Source of the DNA: an uncultured Patescibacteria group bacterium
Lineage (GTDB): Bacteria > Patescibacteriota > Microgenomatia > UBA1400 > PJMF01
DNA length: 64,000 bases
Direction of reading: 5' to 3'
Assembly: GCA_905478415.1 (NCBI GenBank)
Contig: CAJQIG010000001.1
Location: 309,892-373,891 of the forward strand
In this document: piece after piece, positions 39,024 to 50,419 of the stretch
Position numbering within the stretch: position 1 is the stretch's first letter
Layout: every line of letters starts with the position of its first letter
Translations under genes and position numbers: made by a program
Notes under the pieces: model-generated
Databases searched by the model: none
What the model was told of the DNA's origin: nothing
What the model saw: the letters and a program-made list of their open reading frames with translations, nothing else

Positions 39024-40580
39024 ATGTCATTATTTAGTAATCTATCAACGCTCTTCAATGCGGAAGTAGATAAAAAGAAACCACAAAAACCAAACGCGTC
39101 GTCAAAAAAACGTCGACCTCGAAGAAAACCAAAAAGACGGCCACAAAAGAAACAAGCTGTCGCACTTTCTCAGCACGAACTCGTTCGAGAAGCCACAGCC
39201 AAAGCCCGAGAAATTATTGTCGAAGCAAAAGCTGAAGCACTCTCAATTCGTAGCAAATCTGAGCGTGAAGCAAGTGAGGAATTCAGAAAAATTGAAGGCC
39301 AACAACAAAGCTTAGACTCAAAATTAAGCCGAGTAGAAGACAAACTTTCAACACTCGAGCAAAAAGAATCAAACCTTTCAAAAGAAAAACAAAAACTGGT
39401 ACAAAAACAAGCAGAAATCGAGAAAGAACGAGGAAAGATCATTACTGAACTCGAAGAAGTCTCTGGTTTAACCACCGAAGAAGGTAAACAAATTCTCTTC
39501 TCTCGATTAGAAGAAAAACTAAACCGTCAGCTAGCAGCCTTCGTCCGCGAAAAAGAAGAGCAAGCCCAAGCAGAAGCCAACGAAAAAGTTCAGGAAATCT
39601 TAGTTGATGCCATGAAACACGGAGCAACTGATGACGTCCCTGAATACACTGTCTCTGTGGTTCAACTTCCAAATGAAGAAACTAAGGGAAAAATTATTGG
39701 TAAGGCTGGACGCAACATTAATGCGTTTGAACATCGTACTGGAGTTGATCTTGATTTAGATATGTCTCCAACCGAAGTTCGTCTTTCATGTTTTGACCCA
39801 GTTCGCCGCCAAGTTGCTCGAATTGCCTTGGAAAGACTTATTAAAGATGGTCGTATCCAACCAACCAGAATTGAAGAAGTTGTTGCCAAAGTTGAGAAAG
39901 AACTTGCCAAGGTTATGCTCGAAGCAGGTAAAAAGCTTTGTCATGATGTCGGCGTCTACAACCTCCCAATTGAGTTAATGAGAATGCTCGGAAAGTTTAA
40001 GTACCGTTTCTCATATGGACAGAATCTTATTGCTCACACTTTAGAAGAAACAAAAATTGGTATCAAAATTGCTCATGAACTTAAAGTTGATGTCAACATT
40101 GTTAAAATGGGGTGTTTGCTGCACGACATTGGAAAAGTTTCAGAAGAAGTTGAAGGTAGTCATGTAGAGCTGGGAGTTAAAATCGCAAAACGATTTAATT
40201 TACCACAGCCAGTTATTGACTGTATTGCTCAGCATCACGAAGATGAACCATTCAGTGGACCTGAACAGATGGTCGTCTATATTGCCGATGCAATTTCTGG
40301 AGCCAGACCTGGTGCTCGATATGAAAACTATGAAGAATATGTCAAACGCTTGACTCAGCTAGAAGAAATTGCCATGCAGTATGACATGGTTAAACAAGCC
40401 TATGCTATTCAAGCAGGACGTGAAGTCAGAGTGCTCTTGGAGCCAGAAAAAAGCCATGATGATGATGTAACTATCCTCAGTACCAAAATTCGAGATGAGA
40501 TCAAAGAAAAAATGACCTACCCTGGAACGGTAACCGTAACTGTTATTAGAGAACTTCGCGGCCAACAAGTCGCAAAGTAG
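39024..40580 (+). CDS. rny: ribonuclease Y
   Basis: N-terminal TM/basic region, coiled coil, KH domain (IIGKAGRNI), HD domain (HTLEE...LLHDIGK); start at ATG 39024 with AGGAGA RBS. Confidence 0.85.
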   Translation: MSLFSNLSTLFNAEVDKKKPQKPNASSKKRRPRRKPKRRPQKKQAVALSQHELVREATAKAREIIVEAKAEALSIRSKSEREASEEFRKIEGQQQSLDSKLSRVEDKLSTLEQKESNLSKEKQKLVQKQAEIEKERGKIITELEEVSGLTTEEGKQILFSRLEEKLNRQLAAFVREKEEQAQAEANEKVQEILVDAMKHGATDDVPEYTVSVVQLPNEETKGKIIGKAGRNINAFEHRTGVDLDLDMSPTEVRLSCFDPVRRQVARIALERLIKDGRIQPTRIEEVVAKVEKELAKVMLEAGKKLCHDVGVYNLPIELMRMLGKFKYRFSYGQNLIAHTLEETKIGIKIAHELKVDVNIVKMGCLLHDIGKVSEEVEGSHVELGVKIAKRFNLPQPVIDCIAQHHEDEPFSGPEQMVVYIADAISGARPGARYENYEEYVKRLTQLEEIAMQYDMVKQAYAIQAGREVRVLLEPEKSHDDDVTILSTKIRDEIKEKMTYPGTVTVTVIRELRGQQVAK

Positions 40581-40598
40581 TGCTAAAATAAGGAAACT

Positions 40599-40814
40599 AT
40601 GCAGACTGCATTACTCATCTTACAAATTGTCTTTTCAATTGGCATCATCATTGCTGTTCTTCTTCAGCCAGAAGGGACCGGACTCGGATCAACCTGGGGC
40701 GGTGGAGGTGGAACCTATCACACCAAACGTGGTGTTGAGAAAGTTCTCTTCTATGGAACAATTGTTATCATCGTGCTTTTTACCATTAATAGCTTAGTGC
40801 TACTTATTATTTAA
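40599..40814 (+). CDS. secG: preprotein translocase subunit SecG
   Basis: 71 aa, two TM helices, LLQPEGTGLGSTWGGGGG typical of SecG. Confidence 0.7.
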   Translation: MQTALLILQIVFSIGIIIAVLLQPEGTGLGSTWGGGGGTYHTKRGVEKVLFYGTIVIIVLFTINSLVLLII

Positions 40815-40835
40815 AGTTCGTAAAAAGTCTCTGTT

Positions 40836-42242
40836 ATGAGAAAACTCTATTGGTATCTAACGGCGTACATTAAGAAACATGGGCTCGTTGTCATCGGTTC
40901 TGTGTTGTTAGCAATGCTGGTTTTCTCTTTTACCATTCCTACTTTAGTGACACGACTTGAAAAAAGGTCCCAACAACACATTGGTATTGTGGGCGAATAC
41001 ACGCTCACAAACTTACCTCCGTTAATCTCATCACAACTGAGTGCTGGTTTAACAAAAATCACCGAGAACGGGACAACAGAACCAGCATTAGCCGAAAGAT
41101 GGACTATTGAAAACGAGGGTACAACCTATAGATTCGTCATTAAAGACAATATTTTTTGGCAAGATGGAAAAAAACTCACTCCGGATGATGTCAGCTACTC
41201 TCTGAGAGATGTAGAAACTATTGTCACCCCAAATGATATTGTTTTTAAATTACCAGGTCCGTTTTCGCCTTTTCCTACTGTCGTCACTGCCCCAATTTTT
41301 CGCTACAAAGAATCAAAACACAAACTCTTCTTAACTCGCCCAATGTTGATTGGCATAGGAAAGTACAAAGTTGTTGACTACACACTTGGGTCTTCAGATT
41401 TTCTTACCCAACTAGTTATAGATGGCTCTAACGAACGATTTATCTATCGTTTCTATCCAACTGAGACAGCTGCTGTGACTGCATTTAAGCATGGCAAAAT
41501 TGATGCTATCGATAACCTCAACACTACGTATGATATCTTTGATTGGAATACAGTATCTGTTTCCAAATCACTAAACGAAGATCACTATTTAGCCATATTT
41601 TTTAATATCCGTGAACCAATTTTTGATAAAAATGTTCGTCAGGCTCTCTCCTATGCACTTGAAAAGCCAGATACATCAATCCGTGCCACAGGACCAATTA
41701 GTCCTAAATCGTGGGCATATTTTTCTGGTGGAAAAGACTATGAGAAAAATACAGACCGAGCAGTTGAGCGTTTACTCGATGCAATTCCTCCCTTTCCATT
41801 AGAGCTAAACTTAACTACGACAGCACTCTACCAGGAAACTGCAGAAAGAGTAAAAGATGAATGGGAAGCATTTGGTGCTACCGCCTATGACGCCTGCCGA
41901 AGTTCTGATAAAGTTGAAGACAAAGCAGAGTGTGAAAAAGTAAAAATTACCGTTACTATCAACATTACTAACTTCCCCGATCTTTCTAACTTTCAACTCC
42001 TCTTAATTGGACAAGCAGTCCCAACAGATCCTGACCAATACCCCTTATGGCACTCAACAGAAGCTACAAACTTCACTGGGTATACCAACACTCGTATCGA
42101 TAGTTTACTTGAGAAAGGACGCCAAACATTTGATATCAAGGAAAGAACAGAAATTTATCAGGAGTTTCAACAATTTTTTCTCGAAGATGCCCCTGCAATA
42201 TTTTTACGGTATCTTGATAACTACTCGGTTCAAAGAAACTAA
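40836..42242 (+). CDS. ABC transporter substrate-binding protein, family 5 (peptide/nickel type), membrane-anchored
   Basis: N-terminal TM anchor; SBP_bac_5-like sequence features. Confidence 0.55.
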   Translation: MRKLYWYLTAYIKKHGLVVIGSVLLAMLVFSFTIPTLVTRLEKRSQQHIGIVGEYTLTNLPPLISSQLSAGLTKITENGTTEPALAERWTIENEGTTYRFVIKDNIFWQDGKKLTPDDVSYSLRDVETIVTPNDIVFKLPGPFSPFPTVVTAPIFRYKESKHKLFLTRPMLIGIGKYKVVDYTLGSSDFLTQLVIDGSNERFIYRFYPTETAAVTAFKHGKIDAIDNLNTTYDIFDWNTVSVSKSLNEDHYLAIFFNIREPIFDKNVRQALSYALEKPDTSIRATGPISPKSWAYFSGGKDYEKNTDRAVERLLDAIPPFPLELNLTTTALYQETAERVKDEWEAFGATAYDACRSSDKVEDKAECEKVKITVTINITNFPDLSNFQLLLIGQAVPTDPDQYPLWHSTEATNFTGYTNTRIDSLLEKGRQTFDIKERTEIYQEFQQFFLEDAPAIFLRYLDNYSVQRN

Positions 42243-42244
42243 GA

Positions 42245-43267
42245 TTACAAACGGCGAAGTTTTCTTCGCATATATTCAAACAGATACACTACCCAATACT
42301 GCCTCTTGAGTGGAATATCTTGAGCCTCCAGGTACGGCACTTCAAATCCACCAAATCCACGTTTAAAAAGAGAAACCCCTGCAAACCGATGTTCATGCTC
42401 TTCTTTTGGAGCAATTCCCCAAAAGTTATATCGAGTGCAACCTCTAGTTTTAGCTTCTGCAATCGCGCGCCACTGGCAAGCATAGCTTCCTGGAAGTCGA
42501 TGATTTAATTCAGTAGAAATACCATAATGGTACACAGCCTCTCCATTATAAAAGAGTACAAAAGCAGAAGCTAACAATTCCCTCTCTTGCGTATAGGCAT
42601 GTACCAAAGCTACTTGATTATCTTGTAAAAAAACTTCAAACTGTCGCTGTAAAAATTCGTATGAAAAAGGAATAAAACCTTGGCGCTCAGCCACAGCTTT
42701 TTGCTCCTCAAAAAACTGTTGTATTTGATTGATATCCTGAGTTACCTCTGTAGTGATACCTTCGCGCTCAGCTTTACGAATGGCAGATCGAGTATTTTTC
42801 CTCATATCTTTGAGGAGTTCATCATCACTCTTGTGGAGATCTAGTTGTAATGTCAGATCGGCCGTTACATGCATCGGAGCAATAACCGTCTTGATTGTAG
42901 TAAGTAGATCACCATTGATGTTACTTTCGATTTCTTGTGGACGGAAACGAATAAAGATACAGTCATGACTATGAGCAATTTCTTTGAGCTGATCTATAAC
43001 AGCTCGTACTACGGCTGTGTCACTCCAGTCAAGCAGAGGTCCTCCGGCGAGCGCTACATACCGACCACGTTTTGCATCTTCGATCACACAACTAGCTAAA
43101 GCGATCACTCTATCTTTACGAGTAGCCATCAGTCTCACGACCCTCTTGCCCAATGACTCTTGAAAGAGTCCCCAATTATATGACTGCAAAAAATTTGCCT
43201 CTGGAAATGCAGACATAGCTGATTCCCAAGTCTCTTTTTCGATATCGGTTGAGAAAGTGATATTCAT
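42245..43267 (-). CDS. FemAB-family peptidoglycan interpeptide-bridge aminoacyltransferase
   Basis: 340 aa; FemAB/GNAT-like pattern; 4-nt overlap with DegT gene. Confidence 0.55.
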   Translation of the reverse strand: MNITFSTDIEKETWESAMSAFPEANFLQSYNWGLFQESLGKRVVRLMATRKDRVIALASCVIEDAKRGRYVALAGGPLLDWSDTAVVRAVIDQLKEIAHSHDCIFIRFRPQEIESNINGDLLTTIKTVIAPMHVTADLTLQLDLHKSDDELLKDMRKNTRSAIRKAEREGITTEVTQDINQIQQFFEEQKAVAERQGFIPFSYEFLQRQFEVFLQDNQVALVHAYTQERELLASAFVLFYNGEAVYHYGISTELNHRLPGSYACQWRAIAEAKTRGCTRYNFWGIAPKEEHEHRFAGVSLFKRGFGGFEVPYLEAQDIPLKRQYWVVYLFEYMRRKLRRL

Positions 43268-44532
43268 GACTGAGCTGTTTCTATTAGTTCAATAATTCTA
43301 TAAGCATCTTGCTGCGAAATAGTTCGATGAGTCGGCAAAGTAAGCACATGCTCAGCAACGTGTTCTGCCTGAGGAGCAGTGGTTAATCGGTAAAGACTTT
43401 TACAGCCCAAAGTTCCACAATCAACGGCTTCTCTGTACCATCTATCCGTGAGGTAAACTTCATCATTTTGAAGCCTTTTTGCAACCTGACTCGGATTCTT
43501 GACTAATACTGGATATCGAAGGCCTGAACCTTGATCCAAGGTACTGGAACTAAACGTGGCTGCTGTAGTACCAAATCGCTCCTGATAGACAGAAACAATG
43601 GCTTTTCTATGTTGTAGTTCTGATTCAACAGAAGAATATTGAGTTCTCAACAGCGGCACATAACTCAAAGGTAATGGCACTGCTTTCTGAGTTGTAACCA
43701 GTAGCGGAGACTGTAAAAAGTGAGTCTTTTTTCCCAAAAAAAGTAGCACTTTTCCCACCGTGATCGGCCCAACTCCCCAATTCCAGGTCTTCCTCATGAT
43801 AAGCGTATACAATGGATAAACTAACTCTCGAATCTGAACTTTCATAGGAACTGCCTCAGAAAGACTATCCATCCAAGCTCCCAGTCGTGACCGCTGTGTT
43901 TTTGTGAGCTTTCGAAAACAACAAGCCCCACCACTAACTGCATCAATAATCTTATCTCTACCAAATGAAAAAATAACAGCATCTCCGTACTGGCCAACTG
44001 GTGCGCCAGATTCTGTTTGGCCTCCAAAGCCTTGGGCTAAATCTTCAATTAATAGTAATGAATGTGCATCACAAAAAGCACGAATTTTTTCGATCTCAGC
44101 CATTGTTCCCAATGAGTACTGCACAATAACTGCTTTTGGGTTTTGATTTGAATGATCCTGAAAACTTTTTTGTAGTGTTTGAGCCGTCAGGTTTACTCCA
44201 TCTGAGCCGATATCTACATAAAGCGGCTGTGCCCCAGTCCTAAGAATTGCTTCTTCTAAGGCGTAACAAGTAAAAGCTTGGGTTAGTACAACATCTCCAC
44301 TGCCAATTCCATACGCTCTGAGTGTTGCTTCAATAGCATCTCGACCTTTGTAAAAAAAGAATGTTTCACCAGAAAATCTTTTGTCAAAATCCTGTTTCAA
44401 ATCCTGTAACTGGGCTGCAAGAATCTGAGGAAAAAGAAATGATCCAACAAGCCCATGAATAGCCTGAACAGAATCAACAAGTGAGTAGTTTGAACCGAGG
44501 CTGCTAAAAAGAGGTTTCATTCTAAATCCCAT
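43264..44532 (-). CDS. DegT/DnrJ/EryC1/StrS family PLP-dependent aminotransferase
   Basis: Fold-typical sequence pattern; operon with the Mur ligase gene. Confidence 0.55.
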   Translation of the reverse strand: MGFRMKPLFSSLGSNYSLVDSVQAIHGLVGSFLFPQILAAQLQDLKQDFDKRFSGETFFFYKGRDAIEATLRAYGIGSGDVVLTQAFTCYALEEAILRTGAQPLYVDIGSDGVNLTAQTLQKSFQDHSNQNPKAVIVQYSLGTMAEIEKIRAFCDAHSLLLIEDLAQGFGGQTESGAPVGQYGDAVIFSFGRDKIIDAVSGGACCFRKLTKTQRSRLGAWMDSLSEAVPMKVQIRELVYPLYTLIMRKTWNWGVGPITVGKVLLFLGKKTHFLQSPLLVTTQKAVPLPLSYVPLLRTQYSSVESELQHRKAIVSVYQERFGTTAATFSSSTLDQGSGLRYPVLVKNPSQVAKRLQNDEVYLTDRWYREAVDCGTLGCKSLYRLTTAPQAEHVAEHVLTLPTHRTISQQDAYRIIELIETAQS

Positions 44533-44550
44533 ACGAATACTTCAATCCTA

Positions 44551-46038
44551 CTATATACCAAGTACTTCAAGAACCCAACCTGGCATCTTACCTTCAAGGA
44601 GGACGACTTCATCTTTAGTCAGGCCTGAGAGCACAGCTCTTGCTTCATCCATCGTAAAAATACCATCAGAACCCAACACTTCTTTGGCAATGACCAAGCT
44701 ACTATCACCAACATACACAACACTATCAGCAGCGACCTTTGCTTTTTCTAGTAATCTGGCATGAATAGCATCAGATTGCTCACCCAAGTCTACAATTCCA
44801 GGGGTCACCAGTACTTTTCTTTTTCCGGGGATAGCGGTGAGAAGAGTCAAAGCTTGCTCAAAACCGGCTGGATTACTACTGCCCCCATCATCTATGACTA
44901 ACGCTCCAGAATGTGTTCTTTTTTTTGTAATAAACTGCTCTGTTGGCACAAAGGATTCTAATCCCGCCTGTATTTCGGCGTCAGATAAAAATTCTTGAGC
45001 TACTTGCCACACCAAGACACAATTTTCAACATAATGTCCACCAATAAGCTGGGAATGAATAGTTCTTCCCTGATACGTAAACGAAACGGTTCCTTGATTT
45101 GAAACCGTACTTTTTTGACTAAGTGTACGCCATTGACTACACACCGGCACTGCCTTACTCTTTCGAACACCTCTGGAAACAATCTCAGCAACTTCGTGGT
45201 ATGAGTCTGTATAATACACAGGATCACCTTCGGCTAATGCCGCTACTAATTCAGATTTCGCCTCGATAATACGATCTGCCGATCCAAATAATCCCAGATG
45301 CTGCGGTGTAAAACCTGTGACCACTGCGCGACTTGGTTTGAAGTAACTTGCTAACTTCTCAATCTCTTTGGGACCATAGGCGGCATATTCTAAAATAGCA
45401 ATCTTTTGTTTTGAAAAACCTTTTAAAATACTTCGTGCTACAGACAAGAGCGTATTATAAGACTTCGGAGTAAAGAACACCTCATACTTCTGAGAAAGCA
45501 CGTGTGCCAATATCAGTTTGGTGCTCGACTTGCCAAAACTACCAGTAATACCAATCACCAGTGGTTTTTGTTGTCTAAAGAGAGCTTGTGCTCTTCGAGC
45601 TGTCCAACGTGTTATAAAAAGATGTACTGCAGCCGTAGGAGTAACCGCTACCAGAATGAAAAGTGGCGCAAAAACAATCAATATTAAGACTAAAAAGATA
45701 ATCATCAAGCTTTTAACCATGATTGAAAGTGGACTAAGTGACAAAAGAGTTCCTGTCACAAGAGCCGTAACTAACAGGCCTGTGAGAACCATAACGAAAA
45801 GCATTCGAATAGTTACTGCCGGTCGCTTACAACCAAGGCGAGTAAAGTCTGACTTACGGGGAATGATACGAATAAGTTCTTTCCGCCCTGCTTCCGAACG
45901 AATAAACAGCCATAATCTATCGGGACGATATTCTTTCTGTTGCGTGTAGGCAAACCAACGTAGATATCTAATTCCCATACTAGAAAAAACCGTGAATAAA
46001 AAAAGAAGTGTCTTCATGATAAAAATTGAGTAATACAC
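44551..46038 (-). CDS. Mur ligase family protein (MurF-like) with N-terminal TM segments
   Basis: IGITGSFGKSST P-loop of the Mur ligase family; central and C-terminal Mur domains. Confidence 0.65.
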   Translation of the reverse strand: MYYSIFIMKTLLFLFTVFSSMGIRYLRWFAYTQQKEYRPDRLWLFIRSEAGRKELIRIIPRKSDFTRLGCKRPAVTIRMLFVMVLTGLLVTALVTGTLLSLSPLSIMVKSLMIIFLVLILIVFAPLFILVAVTPTAAVHLFITRWTARRAQALFRQQKPLVIGITGSFGKSSTKLILAHVLSQKYEVFFTPKSYNTLLSVARSILKGFSKQKIAILEYAAYGPKEIEKLASYFKPSRAVVTGFTPQHLGLFGSADRIIEAKSELVAALAEGDPVYYTDSYHEVAEIVSRGVRKSKAVPVCSQWRTLSQKSTVSNQGTVSFTYQGRTIHSQLIGGHYVENCVLVWQVAQEFLSDAEIQAGLESFVPTEQFITKKRTHSGALVIDDGGSSNPAGFEQALTLLTAIPGKRKVLVTPGIVDLGEQSDAIHARLLEKAKVAADSVVYVGDSSLVIAKEVLGSDGIFTMDEARAVLSGLTKDEVVLLEGKMPGWVLEVLGI

Positions 46039-46715
46039 TCAGCTACTTCAGATGGATGAGTAAATTGAGGTGAATGACGAGCATGTTTGACCGTACAGAG
46101 TCGAGCATTAGGGATAGTATTCAAGAAAAACTGCGCGTTACGATAGGGTGCACTTGTGTCACCATCTCCCCAAACTAGCTGAACTGGACAAGCTAACTTT
46201 GGTAAATCAGTCTTAATTTCATCAGCTAAAATAGTGCTCATAGTTTTTTTCATGACTGGTGGAGCCACTTCGTAATCATGTTCTCCCACCAGTTTATAAA
46301 AAAATGATTTCACTTGAGGATGAGAAAAAAATATTTTACCAACTTTTGCAATATAAAAGAAGACAAAGCGTTTGCAACGAGCTCGCAGACTCATATCTCT
46401 GACACCAGCACTTGCAACCAAAATAAGTTTTTTAATTTGTTCAGGATGTGTGGCAGCATAGCGCACTGCTAACTGGCCCCCAAAAGAGTGTCCTAACAGA
46501 AGAATATTTTTTTGAGATCCTAGCTCTTCTTCTAACCAGGTTACATAGTCACCCAGTGACCAAGGTTTTTCGAGTGGAGACGAAAGTCCTGGTAGTTTGA
46601 GGAATGTTGAAGCTATTCCGTTTTCAGAAAGTGCTTTCCTAAAATGAGCCCACTTGACTTCATTCTGAGCGCTAATTGCCCAGCCATGGAGAATAATTAC
46701 GTGTGTATTTTTCAT
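46014..46715 (-). CDS. alpha/beta hydrolase (GHSFGG)
   Basis: Nucleophile elbow GHSFGG; catalytic His near C-terminus. Confidence 0.55.
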   Translation of the reverse strand: MKNTHVIILHGWAISAQNEVKWAHFRKALSENGIASTFLKLPGLSSPLEKPWSLGDYVTWLEEELGSQKNILLLGHSFGGQLAVRYAATHPEQIKKLILVASAGVRDMSLRARCKRFVFFYIAKVGKIFFSHPQVKSFFYKLVGEHDYEVAPPVMKKTMSTILADEIKTDLPKLACPVQLVWGDGDTSAPYRNAQFFLNTIPNARLCTVKHARHSPQFTHPSEVAECITQFLS

Positions 46716-46871
46716 AATTTATTGAGTATTTATTTATTGTAGCACGGAGAGCCTTGTAGCATTAGAAAAGAATTTGAGATTGCCAATTAAGATGAAATCC
46801 TTATACTATGGAGTAGTGTGACCTAACGGCCCCATGGAAAATATACAGCATTTATAGAACAAAGGCTCACC

Positions 46872-47591
46872 ATGAAATTCTTCAATAGTATCCTAGCAAT
46901 TACTTTGAGTGGAGTCATACTGGCTGCTTGCACTGGTCCACAACCAAAAGAAAAGCAAATGCTGCAGTTAGATTCAGACACATCAGCAGCTGGTGACACA
47001 GCTTTGCTCTCAGATATTGAAGTCAGCCTTACTGATACAACAACAGGAGAAGAAAGTACTGTACAAAATACAACAGGAGAAACAACTATGAACACAGATG
47101 GTGCCGAAAAAACACTTGCCGATTTTGAAACAATCAATGCTTCGGAAGTTACCTTAACAACAACAAAGGGTGCTATCACCTTTGAGATCTACACTGATAA
47201 AGTCCCCCTTACTGCTCAAAACTTTTTAAACTTGGCTCAGAGTGGTTTCTATGATGGTATTGTCTTCCATCGAGTTATTGCTGACTTCATGGCTCAGGCA
47301 GGAGATCCTCTAAGTAAAGATCCAAGCAAACAAGCTATGTGGGGAACTGGCGGACCTGGATATGTAATCGCAGATGAGTTTAGCACTGATCTAACTCATG
47401 CAACAGCTGGAACCGTTTCAATGGCCAATAAAGGGACACCTACTACCGGCGGAAGTCAGTTTTTCATTACCTTTGCTCCAACTCAGTGGCTCGATGGCAA
47501 ACACACCGTCTTTGGAAAAGTTACTGAGGGTCTAGATGTCCTTATGACTATCGAGCAAGGTGACGTTATTAACTCAGTTACGTTCAAATAA
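46872..47591 (+). CDS. peptidyl-prolyl cis-trans isomerase, cyclophilin type, lipoprotein
   Basis: Lipobox ILAACTG; FHRVIADFMAQAGDP ... GTGGPGY ... FFIT motifs. Confidence 0.8.
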   Translation: MKFFNSILAITLSGVILAACTGPQPKEKQMLQLDSDTSAAGDTALLSDIEVSLTDTTTGEESTVQNTTGETTMNTDGAEKTLADFETINASEVTLTTTKGAITFEIYTDKVPLTAQNFLNLAQSGFYDGIVFHRVIADFMAQAGDPLSKDPSKQAMWGTGGPGYVIADEFSTDLTHATAGTVSMANKGTPTTGGSQFFITFAPTQWLDGKHTVFGKVTEGLDVLMTIEQGDVINSVTFK

Positions 47592-47620
47592 AATCAAGTC
47601 TACCTTGTACGAATAAGAGA

Positions 47621-49321
47621 GTGAATGTAATGAAAACGAAAGTATTCGTACTGCGAAGTCTTTTTATAGGAATTGGAATCTTTTGTTTTTTGGGTCTCTT
47701 TGTTTTAATTTCGAGTATCGGACTTCTTAATGGAATCAAATCGAGAAAGGTGGCGGCTGTGGCGCGCCACAGCCGCCACCTCCACCTACTCTCTCAGCCA
47801 CTCTCCGTCCTAACTTTAAAAAGTAATGCTACGATCGAAACAGTTACTGCCAGCCTTGGGATACTCTCTCAAAGTGAGGCTGCCCAACAGGCAGTAACAG
47901 AAATCGTTCAAGCTACTGCAACCCAGGATATCGAATTACAACCACTCCTTCAGTTGGTAATCGACATACAACCAGAGCTCGAAACATTGCAAAAAAACCT
48001 ACCCAACTGCCACCTGTGTACTTCAAACATTCCGAGTGAGTACCAAACTTCTTTGTCTCAGGTACTTGCTACTGCACTAGATATAAGTGCTGCCAGCGAA
48101 ACTCTCATTGAGGGTGAGCACTCTTACCTAGTCCTCTTCCAAAATTCAGATGAACTCAGAGCAACGGGAGGCTTTATTGGCTCGTATGCACGCATTACCA
48201 TTATTGACGGTCATGTACTACCCATAACTGTCGAAGACATTTATGCTGCAGACGGACAGTTCACTGGCTCTATTCCCGCTCCTCCAGGAGTCAAAGAGTA
48301 TCTCAGCTCAGATAGAGGTCTTAGACTTCCAGACTCCAATTGGGAAGCCCACTTCCCGACGAGTGCTAAACAGGTCCTTCAATTTTTTGCACTCGGAAAT
48401 TCATCAAACTATGAAGGTGTCATTGTTATCACCGATAGCTACTTCCAATCACTGCTCGAGCTTACTGGCCCTATCTGGCTTCCTGATTATCAGCTCTCAG
48501 TCACTTCAGAAAACTTAGGTGAAGTACTCAGAACCGATCGAGATCAATTCTTTGCAGGCAGCATTCAAAAACAACACCTCCTTGAGCAGTTCAAAAACCA
48601 ACTCTTAATCAAACTGACAGCAGATGAGTTCGACTTTACTCAGTTGCTTGGAATCACTCTGCAACACGCCACTCAAAAAAATATTTTATGGTATTTTACC
48701 GATGAAAATCTACAGAACATTGCTCACCGCTTCGCTCTTGATGGAGCACTTTTGGGGAGCGACTCCCCAAATTTCTTAGGATTCATCGAGTCAAATGTAG
48801 GCATCAATAAAGCTAATAAAGGCATCTCGCGCGCACTCTCACTCTCAAAAAAAGGAACGACTATGACCGCTTACTACTATCTTGAAAATACTAATTCTCC
48901 ACCACAAAGAACTGAACTACAAGCACTCGTTACAGACCCTGATATAAAAAAGACTGCCACCGCTGCAGCTACGCACCTAGGTTACATTAACTACCAACGT
49001 GTTGTGTACCCTTCAGGCTGGCAACTGACAAAAATTGCGCTGCCTGACCAAACACAGCCTCAAATTACTACCAGAAACTTCTCGCTTTCAACTGGACAAA
49101 GCATCCAAGAAAGTGGTTTTCTCGTCACCGTTCCCGAACAATCAGCAACGCTTTTAGAACTCACCTTTACTCTACCTTCAGACACTAGTAGCAACTCACT
49201 CGAACTCTATAAACAACCAGGCACCTCCCCCGTGCCCATCTGGTTATTATCAACTGATGACCAGCCATTTGAAGGTGAACCAGATCTGATACTCGAGAAA
49301 AATCGTGTTACAATGCTGTAA
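47621..49321 (+). CDS. DUF4012 domain-containing membrane-anchored protein
   Basis: N-terminal TM; large conserved extracytoplasmic region typical of DUF4012. Confidence 0.5.
   Translation: MNVMKTKVFVLRSLFIGIGIFCFLGLFVLISSIGLLNGIKSRKVAAVARHSRHLHLLSQPLSVLTLKSNATIETVTASLGILSQSEAAQQAVTEIVQATATQDIELQPLLQLVIDIQPELETLQKNLPNCHLCTSNIPSEYQTSLSQVLATALDISAASETLIEGEHSYLVLFQNSDELRATGGFIGSYARITIIDGHVLPITVEDIYAADGQFTGSIPAPPGVKEYLSSDRGLRLPDSNWEAHFPTSAKQVLQFFALGNSSNYEGVIVITDSYFQSLLELTGPIWLPDYQLSVTSENLGEVLRTDRDQFFAGSIQKQHLLEQFKNQLLIKLTADEFDFTQLLGITLQHATQKNILWYFTDENLQNIAHRFALDGALLGSDSPNFLGFIESNVGINKANKGISRALSLSKKGTTMTAYYYLENTNSPPQRTELQALVTDPDIKKTATAAATHLGYINYQRVVYPSGWQLTKIALPDQTQPQITTRNFSLSTGQSIQESGFLVTVPEQSATLLELTFTLPSDTSSNSLELYKQPGTSPVPIWLLSTDDQPFEGEPDLILEKNRVTML
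47749..47780. repeat. perfect 32-nt GC-rich palindrome GGTGGCGGCTGTGGCG|CGCCACAGCCGCCACC inside the DUF4012 CDS
   Basis: Read directly; the reverse complement is identical. Confidence 0.85.
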
Positions 49322-50415
49322 TGAAACAAGACGTTCGAGATCGTATTACCGACTTACTTTCAAAATGGCAGACGCTGAAAGATGATATTGATTTGCCCAC
49401 GCTTCAAGAAAACTACTCTCAGCTTGAAGCCACCACCTATGCCACTGATTTTTGGTCACAACCAACAGCTCAAAAAACAATGCGAGATCTATCCCTCCTC
49501 AAAGAGCGAATTACAACTATCGAACACCTTCACACTATAGCTGCAGATATCCAGACTTACCAAGCTCTTTCTCTCGAAGACCCAGAATCATACGACTCAT
49601 TTGCCACGGAACTTGCGAACCTACTTACAACTTTTAAAAAAGATATTAAAACCTTCGAACTTTCAAAATACCTTCAAGGAAAATATGACCCTTCCGGGGC
49701 GCTTGTCTCGATTCACTCAGGACAGGGTGGGACCGAAGCTATGGACTGGGCAGACATGCTCAAACGCATGTACCAACGCTACTTCGAAAAAAAAGGCTGG
49801 AAAGCTACACTCATTTCTGAATCTCGTGGAGAAGAAGCGGGCATTAAATCTGCCGAGTTCGAAGTCACTGCCAACTATGCCTATGGCTATCTTAAAAATG
49901 AACGAGGAGCCCACAGACTTGTTCGCCAGAGCCCCTTTAATGCGGATAATTTGCGCCAAACATCCTTTGCCCTTGTCGAAGTGCTTCCTATTGTTGACGA
50001 AGCTGACCTAGATTTAAAAATTCCTGAAAGCGAACTCGAATGGAACTTTACCCGAGCGGGCGGAGCTGGTGGACAAAATGTTAATAAAGTAAACACCGCT
50101 GTCGAACTAACCCACACGCCAACAGGCATAGTCGTAAAATGCCGAGAAGAACGCAGTCAAATTCAAAATAAAGAACGAGCCCTCCAAAAACTCAGATCAA
50201 AATTAGCTCAGATCGAAGAGGAGAAGCGTCTGGAAGCCCTTTCGAAAGAAAAAGGAGTGCACCAAAATGCTAGCTGGGGCAACCAAATTCGCAACTACGT
50301 CCTCCACCCCTACCATTTAGTCAAGGATACCCGTACTAAAATAGAAACCAGTGATACCACGGCTGTACTTGATGGCGAACTTGACGAGTTTATTCAAGCT
50401 GAAATTCAGTTGTAA
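49321..50415 (+). CDS. prfB: peptide chain release factor 2 (single uninterrupted ORF, no programmed frameshift)
   Basis: SPF and GGQ motifs (RQSPFNADN; [11 protein letters not shown]). Confidence 0.85.
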   Translation: MKQDVRDRITDLLSKWQTLKDDIDLPTLQENYSQLEATTYATDFWSQPTAQKTMRDLSLLKERITTIEHLHTIAADIQTYQALSLEDPESYDSFATELANLLTTFKKDIKTFELSKYLQGKYDPSGALVSIHSGQGGTEAMDWADMLKRMYQRYFEKKGWKATLISESRGEEAGIKSAEFEVTANYAYGYLKNERGAHRLVRQSPFNADNLRQTSFALVEVLPIVDEADLDLKIPESELEWNFTRAGGAGGQNVNKVNTAVELTHTPTGIVVKCREERSQIQNKERALQKLRSKLAQIEEEKRLEALSKEKGVHQNASWGNQIRNYVLHPYHLVKDTRTKIETSDTTAVLDGELDEFIQAEIQL

Positions 50416-50419
50416 AAAG

